Of a DNA stretch of 35,997 nt, positions 27,784-35,847 are shown piece after piece. The translations under genes were made by a program, and so were the position numbers. The stretch's first letter is position 1. Each line of letters opens with the position of its first letter. Source of the DNA: a virus; UHGV virus genome UHGV-0350163. One strand, written 5' to 3'. The notes below the pieces were generated by a model. The model had not been told where the DNA came from. It saw nothing but the letters and a program-made list of their open reading frames with translations, and searched no databases.

Positions 27784-27956
27784 CGTACTGCGTACCCTTT
27801 CTTCCGCCTGTTCTGTGACGCAGTAGGCTTACGCTTTGCGGCAAAAGCCACCTGACCAAATGGATGGAGTACCGCTATCTTATGGTTGCTAATAACCAGC
27901 TCCACCACACGCACAGGCCGCTGTAAAAGAAGTCGTTTTGCTTTACGGTTTTTCAT
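27783..27956 (-). CDS. Small basic protein, paralogue A (58 aa), not in ORF track
   Basis: Hand-translated: MKNRKAKRLLLQRPVRVVELVISNHKIAVLHPFGQVAFAAKRKPTASQNRRKKGYAVR. AGGAG 9 nt upstream of ATG. First 24 nt nearly identical to paralogue B. Confidence 0.4.
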
Positions 27957-27960
27957 CGTT

Positions 27961-28149
27961 TCATTCTCCTGTATTTACTACTGACTCTGCACTGTCAGCC
28001 CTGCGGCGCTCCTGAAGTTCCAGCATTGCGGCCCGGAAATCCTGCCACCATTCCTCATCGGCAACGGGTGTGTTCCGTTCCAGCACCTTGTCCGCATCGG
28101 CAATCAGTCTGCTCAGACTCTTATCGCTTATTCTGGTTTGCTGGTTCAC
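27961..28149 (-). CDS. Small acidic hypothetical protein
   Basis: 62 aa ORF, translationally coupled to neighbours. Confidence 0.4.
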   Translation of the reverse strand: MNQQTRISDKSLSRLIADADKVLERNTPVADEEWWQDFRAAMLELQERRRADSAESVVNTGE

Positions 28150-28370
28150 TGCGCCGCCTCCTGTTTTGCCACTTTAAACGCCCGTAACATCGGAACCGTT
28201 TTACCGGTGATGACGGTTCTCATTAAAAGACCGCCACCGCTCTCATGGCGCACTTCAGGGGCTACAAACAACGCCGCATCCACAACCCGGTTATAGCGGC
28301 GAAACTCCCAGAGCCAGCAGGTAACAATGATTTTTGCTTTAGTCCCATAGTTATAAAATTCAATATTCAT
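28146..28370 (-). CDS. Hypothetical protein
   Basis: 74 aa ORF, overlapping start/stop with neighbours. Confidence 0.4.
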   Translation of the reverse strand: MNIEFYNYGTKAKIIVTCWLWEFRRYNRVVDAALFVAPEVRHESGGGLLMRTVITGKTVPMLRAFKVAKQEAAQ

Positions 28371-28594
28371 TTGCAGTTAAACCTCCTTTTGTGACGTTCT
28401 ACAGCGGCTTTCATGGCGTTGTGCACGGTTCTTTTAATAATCCGGCGTCCCACACTGTCATAGAACCGCCACCGGGAAGCCCCCGGATATTTGGGAAACT
28501 CAACCGCCGCGCTGCCGTCATTCATCCTGTATTCGTGGCGTTCTCCTGGCGGCTGGTATATTGCTTCGGTAACACTGAGAAGTTTAAAAGCCAT
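28367..28594 (-). CDS. Hypothetical protein
   Basis: 75 aa ORF, overlapping start/stop with neighbours. Confidence 0.4.
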   Translation of the reverse strand: MAFKLLSVTEAIYQPPGERHEYRMNDGSAAVEFPKYPGASRWRFYDSVGRRIIKRTVHNAMKAAVERHKRRFNCK

Positions 28595-28596
28595 CG

Positions 28597-29307
28597 TTAT
28601 CCCCTCCCCAGTGCCAGCGGTCTGTTGCTCTGACCATTAACTCCCTGATGCAGTCTGGCGTTTTTCCCGGCGATAAAACCGGCAGTAGCGGCAAACTCTG
28701 CACCCCGACACGCTTTAGCTGTGCGCATATCCCCGTCGCGCAGTCCTTTAGTGCTGTGCAGGTTCTTTCTGTAAAGCTCAAGGCGGCTTTTTTCTTCCGG
28801 GGATACGTCATACACCGCAATGACATCACGGGCACCAAAGACCCAGCCTTCGCAGAACTGGTCGCCACGGGCTACCCGCGTGGACGGACCACAACGTTTG
28901 CAGTGTTTATCCTGATATTTCTTGCGCTCTGCCATCATCTGACGGGAAAGCACATCAAACGCGTAGGCCGCAATTTCCGGGCGGCTGTCAGGACCATAAA
29001 AACGAACGTAACGTTTGAGTGAACCAGAAGCCCGGTATTCGCCGGATATGTAACACTCGACACCGAAGGCTTTACAGACCAGGTCACACAGGATGTGCAT
29101 ATAACGCGGCGGTGTACTGGCATCACTCGGCGCACCCGCGCTGGCAGCTTCCTGAATGTCGAACAATTCAGCGTCGTTTTCGCTGATACCATGCTGGCGC
29201 ATATAAGCCTGGGCTTTTGCAATAGCGTTAGCGGCTTCTTCCGGGCTTGATGTCCCTCTTGCAAGGCGTAACAGCTTTTTAATTTTGGCGATGTATTTAT
29301 TTTTCAT
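28597..29307 (-). CDS. Early-region protein with DUF2786-like N-terminus
   Basis: 236 aa; N-terminus KIKKLLRLARGTSSPEEAANAIAKAQAYMRQHGI resembles a prophage DUF family (from memory); Cys-rich central part (CKRCGP...FCEGW). Confidence 0.5.
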   Translation of the reverse strand: MKNKYIAKIKKLLRLARGTSSPEEAANAIAKAQAYMRQHGISENDAELFDIQEAASAGAPSDASTPPRYMHILCDLVCKAFGVECYISGEYRASGSLKRYVRFYGPDSRPEIAAYAFDVLSRQMMAERKKYQDKHCKRCGPSTRVARGDQFCEGWVFGARDVIAVYDVSPEEKSRLELYRKNLHSTKGLRDGDMRTAKACRGAEFAATAGFIAGKNARLHQGVNGQSNRPLALGRG

Positions 29308-29320
29308 GGTCGTCTGAACC

Positions 29321-29503
29321 TCAGCATCCTGAATTCTGAATTACGCAACTTCCGGCACGGCCTTCAGGAACGTGGGGAGTTCGTTCTGGCTGCGGTACTG
29401 AATGAGCATCTGCTGTCGATTGAGAACTGGTCGCAAGACGATTAAAACAAACGATTGTCAGATTAATTTCGCGGGCGAACTTTTTTTGCTTTGCGATATT
29501 CAT
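29321..29503 (-). CDS. Hypothetical small protein
   Basis: 60 aa ORF with GAGGAAG RBS 7 nt upstream of ATG. Confidence 0.4.
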   Translation of the reverse strand: MNIAKQKKFAREINLTIVCFNRLATSSQSTADAHSVPQPERTPHVPEGRAGSCVIQNSGC

Positions 29504-29522
29504 AAATAAACTTCCTCAGATT

Positions 29523-29560
29523 CAGGCGTAAGCCAGCCCTGGCGGGTTTACGCCTGTTTT
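29523..29560 (+). terminator. Stem-loop (9-bp stem CAGGCGTAA/TTACGCCTG, 16-nt loop) followed by TTTT on the plus strand; candidate plus-strand terminator or 5'-UTR structure
   Basis: Read directly. U-tract follows only in the plus-strand sense, antisense to the early operon; on the minus-strand mRNA it sits just upstream of the RBS of the 29321..29503 gene. Confidence 0.3.
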
Positions 29561-29585
29561 AAATAACAATTAAAAACAAATTAAA

Positions 29586-29777
29586 TTAATGCGGTGCTTT
29601 CAGTGTTTCGACTTTTACGAAATAAGGCTCGACATTAATTTCAACCACACAACCACATTTAAAATCTCTGGCAGGTGAAACGGTTTTCACCACACGACCA
29701 CCACGCAACGCCGGATGTGCAGTGTGCATGAAGCGAGTCCCTACCGGATACTGCTTATTAAAGTTCTTCGCATTCAT
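29586..29777 (-). CDS. Hypothetical small protein
   Basis: 63 aa ORF. Confidence 0.4.
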   Translation of the reverse strand: MNAKNFNKQYPVGTRFMHTAHPALRGGRVVKTVSPARDFKCGCVVEINVEPYFVKVETLKAPH

Positions 29778-29991
29778 GGCGTGGCCTCCAGCCCTTCAGG
29801 TGAGCGTTAGCGCAGAACTCCGCACGATGTTCAGCCCAGATGCGGCGCAGGGTGCTACACGGGCTTTGCGCTGCCTTGCGCCACAGTTTTTCTGCCTCAT
29901 CATAATCGCCGCGTTGTTCTGCTCTGGATGCACCCAGCGAATACGCCGCGCAACGATTTCCGGCTCTGTACTCTTTGATATCCTGATGCAT
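29758..29991 (-). CDS. Hypothetical protein (internal start MHQDIKEY)
   Basis: ATG at 29991 sits 1 nt after the stop of the upstream gene; the track ORF 29758..30081 is over-extended. Confidence 0.45.
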   Translation of the reverse strand: MHQDIKEYRAGNRCAAYSLGASRAEQRGDYDEAEKLWRKAAQSPCSTLRRIWAEHRAEFCANAHLKGWRPRHECEEL

Positions 29992-29992
29992 G

Positions 29993-30637
29993 TTAAACCC
30001 CTGCAATATCAAGCGGGATTGCGCGGTATTCATCAGAATCACCAACGCGCTCATACACACGAATATAGCTCTTGCTGCCAATCACCTGGACGGCTTCACC
30101 AATCAGCATCATGGCGTTATTCCAGCGTTCGTCCTCAATTTCGAGGCGACGCAGGGCCAGAACGCGCCCTGTGTTAATGTTGCCTTCCTTGTCCGTGCTG
30201 AATGCCTCGCTAATGATGGCTTTAATTTCAGGGCGCGCACCTTCCGTCCAGTCAGCTAGGCAATCATCAATCAGCGACTTCGCGGTCTGAATGCGTTCAT
30301 CAAACGCGATACGGTCCTGCATGGCGCGCTGAATCTTGTATCGCCCGTCAAAGCTGTAAAGCGTGATATTGCCTTTTTTGCCGCCTTTCACAGCGCCGTA
30401 TTTCTCCGCCGACAGGTCAATAAATGCCTGGATATCACCAAACGCACGCAGTTTCAGTTCCCGCAGCGAGGCGGAGGCAGCAATCACCATCTCCACAAGC
30501 TCACCGACCAGCTGCTCGCGGTCGCGGTCAATATCTTTGATAAGGCTTTCAGGTGTCATTACGCCACGGGCATCCACCCAGTAACCTTCAGGCGCTTGAG
30601 TTTTCGTGTATTGCTTAACTTTATTTTCAGTCGTCAT
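29993..30637 (-). CDS. Early-region protein (DUF3164-like)
   Basis: 214 aa ORF; family assignment from memory only. Confidence 0.5.
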   Translation of the reverse strand: MTTENKVKQYTKTQAPEGYWVDARGVMTPESLIKDIDRDREQLVGELVEMVIAASASLRELKLRAFGDIQAFIDLSAEKYGAVKGGKKGNITLYSFDGRYKIQRAMQDRIAFDERIQTAKSLIDDCLADWTEGARPEIKAIISEAFSTDKEGNINTGRVLALRRLEIEDERWNNAMMLIGEAVQVIGSKSYIRVYERVGDSDEYRAIPLDIAGV

Positions 30638-30666
30638 AATTAAATTACCTCAGTGATATTTACAGA

Positions 30667-30882
30667 TTAATGTGTGTTATGTGCGCGAGGCGCAACGTTT
30701 TCAGAAAAAAGATTCACGCCGTTATAGTCATTTCTAAGCGTTTCCTTGATAACATCATGTAATCCTGTTGCCACCTGAAGCTCCCTTTTGGAAGTGCCAT
30801 CCTTCGAATAACTCCCTGTAATCCGGGTAAGAGTCGCGCCTTTTTCATTGGTATAGATAATTACTTCTAATTTAACCGCCAT
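30667..30882 (-). CDS. Hypothetical protein
   Basis: 71 aa ORF with GAGAGGAAA RBS. Confidence 0.45.
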   Translation of the reverse strand: MAVKLEVIIYTNEKGATLTRITGSYSKDGTSKRELQVATGLHDVIKETLRNDYNGVNLFSENVAPRAHNTH

Positions 30883-30894
30883 TCTGATTTCCTC

Positions 30895-31122
30895 TCATTG
30901 CCATACGACGGTACAGCCGTCGATACAGGACGTTTTAACCACGCGGCGCAGGCCGCTGAATGTCTGAACGATTTCCGTTACCGGCCATACAGGACCACCC
31001 ACAGGCGGGCAGGCATAAACCACAGGTAAACGGTGATGCTGCCCCGTTACGCGACCGCCAGTGGTATGGATAGCCACACGGGCACGGGAACGGACGGCAT
31101 TAATGGCCTGCTTTTCCATCAT
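30895..31122 (-). CDS. Hypothetical protein (start MMEKQ or MENK)
   Basis: Track ORF 30895..31212 trimmed to internal start; GGAGAA sits 5 nt upstream of ATG 31122. Confidence 0.4.
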   Translation of the reverse strand: MMEKQAINAVRSRARVAIHTTGGRVTGQHHRLPVVYACPPVGGPVWPVTEIVQTFSGLRRVVKTSCIDGCTVVWQ

Positions 31123-31133
31123 TTTGTTCTCCA

Positions 31134-31152
31134 TCAGTGAATTAACATTTCT
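31134..31152. repeat. 19-bp perfect direct repeat, copy 1 (TCAGTGAATTAACATTTCT)
   Basis: Identical to 31507-31525; lies between the inserted 110-aa gene and the next gene. Confidence 0.9.
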
Positions 31153-31160
31153 CTGCTGTA

Positions 31161-31493
31161 TTATCTGAGCGTAAACGCCAGTCGGGGCTGATACCGGGGC
31201 AGGTGGGCACACATGCGTGCAAGGCGGTAAGCCCGACGAAACCCCTGCAAAGTCTGCTCAAAAGGAATAATCATTAATCGCGCACAGCATTCATCAACAT
31301 CCCAGTCGTCGCTGGTATTTCCGGTTCCATTGATTTCCCGTTCGCGGGAATATAAATCAATACGCAGTTCACCCGGCACGAAGCAATCAACAAACGGAAT
31401 AATTTCACCGGGGGTTCCATTAAAATAAATACAACCATTACGACCGATATTCCGTAGTGCTTTAATTTCTTTTTTTACGGCAATCTGTTCCAT
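31161..31493 (-). CDS. Hypothetical protein (110 aa) bracketed by the 19-bp direct repeats
   Basis: ORF with AAGG/AGGT RBS; occupies the segment between the two repeat copies. Confidence 0.55.
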   Translation of the reverse strand: MEQIAVKKEIKALRNIGRNGCIYFNGTPGEIIPFVDCFVPGELRIDLYSREREINGTGNTSDDWDVDECCARLMIIPFEQTLQGFRRAYRLARMCAHLPRYQPRLAFTLR

Positions 31494-31506
31494 ACCTGAC
31501 CTTTAC

Positions 31507-31525
31507 TCAGTGAATTAACATTTCT
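31507..31525. repeat. 19-bp perfect direct repeat, copy 2 (encodes the last codons and stop of B)
   Basis: Identical to 31134-31152. Confidence 0.9.
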
Positions 31526-32400
31526 GCGAATTTATCTATGGCCTGCACACTGACCGGCGCATCGCTGATATCGCAAATCCGGTACACACCGCGCGCCAGT
31601 TTGAACAGGCGGCGGGTATTACCCAGCGAGCGCGCGTAAAGCGCCTCGCTGATTTCCGGTTCTGCTGCTTCCGGCATCAGCCCGGTGGCTATCTGGTTAA
31701 AATCTTCCTGCGCCAGCGTGTCGCCCAGGTTAAGCGCCAGCGCCACGCGGCTGTATAACTGCGCAAATTCACCACGACGCCCCTTGAGATTAATCAGAAG
31801 ACGAGGCATACCCGCCAGGACAACCCCGATACCCGCTTTATCATGCAGACGGCGCAGAACCTCCAGTGCGCGATAGGGGAGCAGTTCAGCTTCGTCCACC
31901 ATCAGCAGACGACCGGAATCACGCAGTTCGCGCACACAGGCATCAATCAGTTCGTGAATGTTGCCGCGAACCTTTACCCCCAGCTGGCGGCACAACTCCT
32001 CAAGCAGTGTCCTGGCTGTATAGCCCGGGTCAGCCTCAATCAGGACCGCATCCCGGTTTCTGGCTGCGTATTCACGCAGAATCATTGTTTTGCCAAGACC
32101 AGCTGCGCCATACAGTACACAGATTTCACATTCCAGGTGAGCGTAGGCCAGCACCTCCAGTCCTTTGGCAGCCATACCGGTGGCAACAAATTTCGCTTTA
32201 ATACGGCGGCTGTTTTCCTTTTCCCGCTCACGGGTCACAAAGGCAGAAATGCGTTCTTCAATATCAGCCATATCGCCCTGATATTTACCCTGTAAATACT
32301 GGTTGATAACGGCGCTGCTACGACCAATAGCACGGGCGACGTGGGTCTGCGTATAGCCGCGACGGGCCATTACGTCATTTAATTGCGTAATTAAACTCAT
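31507..32400 (-). CDS. B: Transposition ATPase B (MuB-like, AAA+)
   Basis: 297 aa; N-terminal HTH-like region, Walker A (GAAGLGKT) and Walker B-like (LLMVDEAE); directly downstream of the transposase. Confidence 0.9.
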   Translation of the reverse strand: MSLITQLNDVMARRGYTQTHVARAIGRSSAVINQYLQGKYQGDMADIEERISAFVTREREKENSRRIKAKFVATGMAAKGLEVLAYAHLECEICVLYGAAGLGKTMILREYAARNRDAVLIEADPGYTARTLLEELCRQLGVKVRGNIHELIDACVRELRDSGRLLMVDEAELLPYRALEVLRRLHDKAGIGVVLAGMPRLLINLKGRRGEFAQLYSRVALALNLGDTLAQEDFNQIATGLMPEAAEPEISEALYARSLGNTRRLFKLARGVYRICDISDAPVSVQAIDKFAEMLIH

Positions 32401-32418
32401 AATTAAATACCTTTTAAA

Positions 32419-34461
32419 TTAACGGTTGTTTGTGCCGTTTTTCTTTAAATTGCGCTCGCGTTCAGATGCGAATAAATAAAGTTCTTCTTTTTCCTTTTTC
32501 TCCGGGCGCTCCAGTCCATATCCCAGATTAAAGTCTGGCTTCTGCGTAATAGCCGGGGTAAGCTCGCGTTTAGCCTCTTCGATTTTCTGCGTGGCCCGTG
32601 CAATGCGGCCCCTGACGCGTTTCTCCAGTTTTTGTTCGATAACTGGTTTAGCGAAGGCATCAACCTTGTTACCGTTCCAGATGGCATCGCAGATATAAGA
32701 GCCATCAGCCCGCCGGACAATGACGCTGTTTGCATCATGAATATCGTAACTGACCCTGACTTCATTCCCGTGCTCTGCGGCCAGATCATATGAGTAATAA
32801 ATATTGTTGAATAACTGAATTTCCCCGCGAAATGTTTTGCGCGTCACTTCCGGTCTGAACATTTCATGCAGTTCTTCCGGCGACAGGAAATCAATTTCAA
32901 CATTCTGCTCTTTTATCAGTTTCCGGCGATACGCTGCCGGGCTGTAATATTCGCCATCCTCTTTGCGGGGAAGGCTGCTGTGTGGCCGGTTGTTATAGCG
33001 TCTGACCTCCAGCTCTATGGCCGCCATCAGTTGCTCAAAGGTGGGGATTTCATCCCTCGCCTTAACCTGCCGTTTTGTCAGTTCTTTCCCTTTGTGGGTG
33101 GCCTTAATGGCCGACTGCATAATCCGTTGCTGCATCATTACGGTTTCCTTGTCTGCATCCTTTGCGCAGTACGTCTGGAAACTCAGTGCCACGTCTTTGG
33201 GTATTCCTTTGTTTGCCCGTTCTATTACCCCGCGCCCCTGCGGGTTACCCGGTATCCCCGTGTGATGCTCCACACCCAGCCGGGGCAGAATCCCGGTAAT
33301 ATCGGCATCAAGCACCCGGTTTTTTTCGCCGCCCCCGTTATCGGAATAATAAATCAGCGGTATCCCGTGCTGTGCCATGCCGTAACGCAACGCATCAGCA
33401 ACGGCTATCACGTTTTCCGACAGGGACAGTGACCAGCCCACAACAAAGCGCTGCCCCGCATCCATAACCAGCGTCACTTCTGGCCGGAAAATATTGCCGG
33501 TCAGGGGGTTAAACGCGGTCATTTTCATACAGTGACCATCCCCGACCCATACCGCATTAACCGGTAATGATGTCCACTCGCGCCGCACAAAGGGATTGAG
33601 CGAACGCCAGGCTGAACCTGTGGAGCGGAAACGCTCCTTAACAATCACCGGGACGCTGCTTAACACTCGTCTTACTGCGTGAACTGAAGGCAGTGCCGCC
33701 AGCATTCCCGCATCATTCGCGTGTTTCTCATGCCACCAGGCTGAAAACTCGCGATAAGCGTATTCAACGGTCGGGCGCTTCCATGAGCGATAGAACATAA
33801 AGAAATCGCTCAGCCACCAGACCTGCTCCCACGGAGTTCCCTTATGATGACCGGGAGCCAGTAACGCCAGTAACTGATTGGCATCACCGCGCGCCATCAC
33901 CCAGCTGGAGTACCAGCTATCCAGGCTGCCGGTGCTGACACCGGTTCGCTTTCCCTGACGTGCATTTGCAGTATTCGCTGCTTCGATAATGCGGTCAGGT
34001 AACGCCCCCATGCGCACACCATCAACGATGTGCTTTAACGCGGCCTTCCTGGTCATTCCGGCGTATTCACGCAGTTTATGCACTTCAGTAGCCAGCAATA
34101 TCCGCGCATCAGCAATGGCCTTTTGCTTGTCGGTCAGTGCCTGGACTTCGCGTAATGCCAGTTCCGGGCATTTGACCATCACTTCCAGTTCATCGCGAAC
34201 GGCGACGTTTTTAACTGCCTTCTGCTCAACCACGGCGGGCAGTTGTGCATCTTCCAGGACCTGATGAGTCAGGCGCTTACGTAAAACTTTCTGCGCTTCA
34301 GCGGGCAGGCTGTCGATGTGATACTCGAATGCTTTTGTGCCTTCACGCTTGCGCTTCCATTCCGGGTGCGTCTCTGTGATCCGATTGAGCGTCCATCGCA
34401 CCCCCTGAACTGTACCGGGCAAACGAGGAAGACCGGCCAGCTCATTGGCTGAATAAAACAT
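32419..34461 (-). CDS. A: DDE transposase A (MuA-like)
   Basis: 680 aa; N-terminus (ANELAGLPRLPGTVQGVRW...IDSLPAEAQ) and the central DDE core (WVGDGH...DNGGG) resemble MuA (from memory); ATG overlaps ner stop (TAATG). Confidence 0.9.
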   Translation of the reverse strand: MFYSANELAGLPRLPGTVQGVRWTLNRITETHPEWKRKREGTKAFEYHIDSLPAEAQKVLRKRLTHQVLEDAQLPAVVEQKAVKNVAVRDELEVMVKCPELALREVQALTDKQKAIADARILLATEVHKLREYAGMTRKAALKHIVDGVRMGALPDRIIEAANTANARQGKRTGVSTGSLDSWYSSWVMARGDANQLLALLAPGHHKGTPWEQVWWLSDFFMFYRSWKRPTVEYAYREFSAWWHEKHANDAGMLAALPSVHAVRRVLSSVPVIVKERFRSTGSAWRSLNPFVRREWTSLPVNAVWVGDGHCMKMTAFNPLTGNIFRPEVTLVMDAGQRFVVGWSLSLSENVIAVADALRYGMAQHGIPLIYYSDNGGGEKNRVLDADITGILPRLGVEHHTGIPGNPQGRGVIERANKGIPKDVALSFQTYCAKDADKETVMMQQRIMQSAIKATHKGKELTKRQVKARDEIPTFEQLMAAIELEVRRYNNRPHSSLPRKEDGEYYSPAAYRRKLIKEQNVEIDFLSPEELHEMFRPEVTRKTFRGEIQLFNNIYYSYDLAAEHGNEVRVSYDIHDANSVIVRRADGSYICDAIWNGNKVDAFAKPVIEQKLEKRVRGRIARATQKIEEAKRELTPAITQKPDFNLGYGLERPEKKEKEELYLFASERERNLKKNGTNNR

Positions 34462-34697
34462 TACGCCGCCTTACTGGCATACCGGCTTGGCCAGATCTCC
34501 GCAGGTTCCACACCAATAGCATCGGCTATGATGCGTTCATATTTAGGGCATGAGCGATACAGTGCATTTTTTAAAGAGTCTTTTTTTAGACCAGCGCGTT
34601 CAGAAAGTTCACGCAATGTAAAACCTTTGGTGTGCACAGCGGCAACGATGTACTCGCGGTGCCAGTCTTTGTTCATTACTTCATTTCTAACCATCAT
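34461..34697 (-). CDS. ner: Ner-like DNA-binding regulator
   Basis: Track ORF trimmed to MMVRNEVMNKDWHR...; shares the DWHR...NAL.R..PK.E.IIA.A....P..IWPSRY pattern with Mu Ner (from memory). Confidence 0.75.
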   Translation of the reverse strand: MMVRNEVMNKDWHREYIVAAVHTKGFTLRELSERAGLKKDSLKNALYRSCPKYERIIADAIGVEPAEIWPSRYASKAA

Positions 34698-34714
34698 TAG
34701 GTTACCCTTAAAAA

Positions 34715-34757
34715 TTATCCGTGCGGATAACACCGCCGTGTTATCCCTTCGGATACA
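34715..34757. promoter_or_regulatory. Two palindromic operator-like sites (TTATCCG-TG-CGGATAA at 34715-34730; TTATCC-CTTC-GGATAC at 34741-34757) in the divergent repressor/ner control region
   Basis: Read directly; the region 34698-34879 separates divergent ner (minus) and repressor (plus) genes, where Mu has its operators. Confidence 0.45.
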
Positions 34758-34879
34758 AGTATTGATCCATATGTAGCCCATGTAAAGCAAAAATAACCCT
34801 TTCTTTGTATTTTCTTTTTGATTTTGGTCTTTATGTGGTTTTTGCAATTAAAATCAACTAGTTATAGAGGAAAGAAAAA

Positions 34880-35527
34880 ATGACCAGAAATGATGATGCT
34901 TTTTCTTTTGTCGACCGGGGAAAAGAAAGTTTCAGAGAGCGTTTAGTAAAGCTGATAGGTAATCGCAGTGTCAGAACTGCTGCGAGTGATTGGGGAATCC
35001 CCCCTTCAACCTTAAACAACTACATTCATAAAGGAACTGAGCCTTCTTTTAAAATAGCTTGCCTTATCTCAGATAAAGAGCAAGTGAGCTTAAATTGGCT
35101 CGCTTACGGTAAGGAACCCACCACCAAAGAAGGTTCTCTATCAAATCAAACAGCGCAGCCTTCTCCCGATATTACAAACGAGCTAGTTAACGAGTTATTG
35201 AAAAGAGCGTCCACAGAAGTTAAGGAGCAACTGATAAGTGCAATATGCGATATGGGCATTAAAGGAATCTTGGAACGCCTACAGCAACCAACCAGGCAAA
35301 CTAAGCAGACCGACAGCGACCTGGACGAACAAGAGACTGCCATCAGAAGCCTAAACATCAGGGAATCGCTTAAAGACGCTATTTGCATGGCATTGGCTGG
35401 TAATGAAGAAACTGATAAAGAGATTTTGCGACGCATCGAATCTCGTGCACGGACTGGGTCGCCAGGTGGTGAGACCATTGCCACGCTGGAGCAAGAAACG
35501 AAACCTGTAAGCAAAAAACCAGCATGA
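34880..35527 (+). CDS. Prophage repressor, CI-like with XRE-type HTH
   Basis: 215 aa; N-terminal HTH (SVRTAASDWGIPPSTLNNYIHKG...LNWLAYG); only plus-strand gene, divergent from ner. No S24 peptidase-like C-terminal domain recognised. Confidence 0.75.
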   Translation: MTRNDDAFSFVDRGKESFRERLVKLIGNRSVRTAASDWGIPPSTLNNYIHKGTEPSFKIACLISDKEQVSLNWLAYGKEPTTKEGSLSNQTAQPSPDITNELVNELLKRASTEVKEQLISAICDMGIKGILERLQQPTRQTKQTDSDLDEQETAIRSLNIRESLKDAICMALAGNEETDKEILRRIESRARTGSPGGETIATLEQETKPVSKKPA

Positions 35528-35706
35528 ACGCCTACTACTTGGTAGGCGTATGCTGCCAACTAACTAGCGACATCCAACAAAACCAATACCGACAACTGAT
35601 AAGAAAGGAATAAATCAGACAAGATTAGAACGGGCTTTAGAATCTTTTAAACGAGTTTTAAAATCTTTTAAAAGGAGATCGCTTTCTTACACCACCAGAT
35701 CAAAAG

Positions 35707-35841
35707 CGCCCAGAATAAAGCGTAAAAAAAGGCACTTTTGGTCATTTCTCACAAATCCGCCCAGAATCACACTAAATCACCATACCCCGCGCCACACAAG
35801 GCTTGCAGGTTCTACCAGGCTGCACGAACTCCGCCCAGAAT
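35707..35841 (+). repeat. Three direct copies of CGCCCAGAAT (35707-35716, 35758-35767, 35832-35841); candidate left-end transposase binding sites
   Basis: Read directly; spacing 51 and 74 bp; same decamer occurs inverted at the other end (148-157). Confidence 0.55.
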
Positions 35842-35847
35842 TGATCA

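Noticed and set aside
35528-35549. Hairpin (ACGCCTAC/GTAGGCGT) right after the repressor stop
   Set aside because: No U-tract follows; could be a weak terminator or coincidence, not confident enough to annotate.
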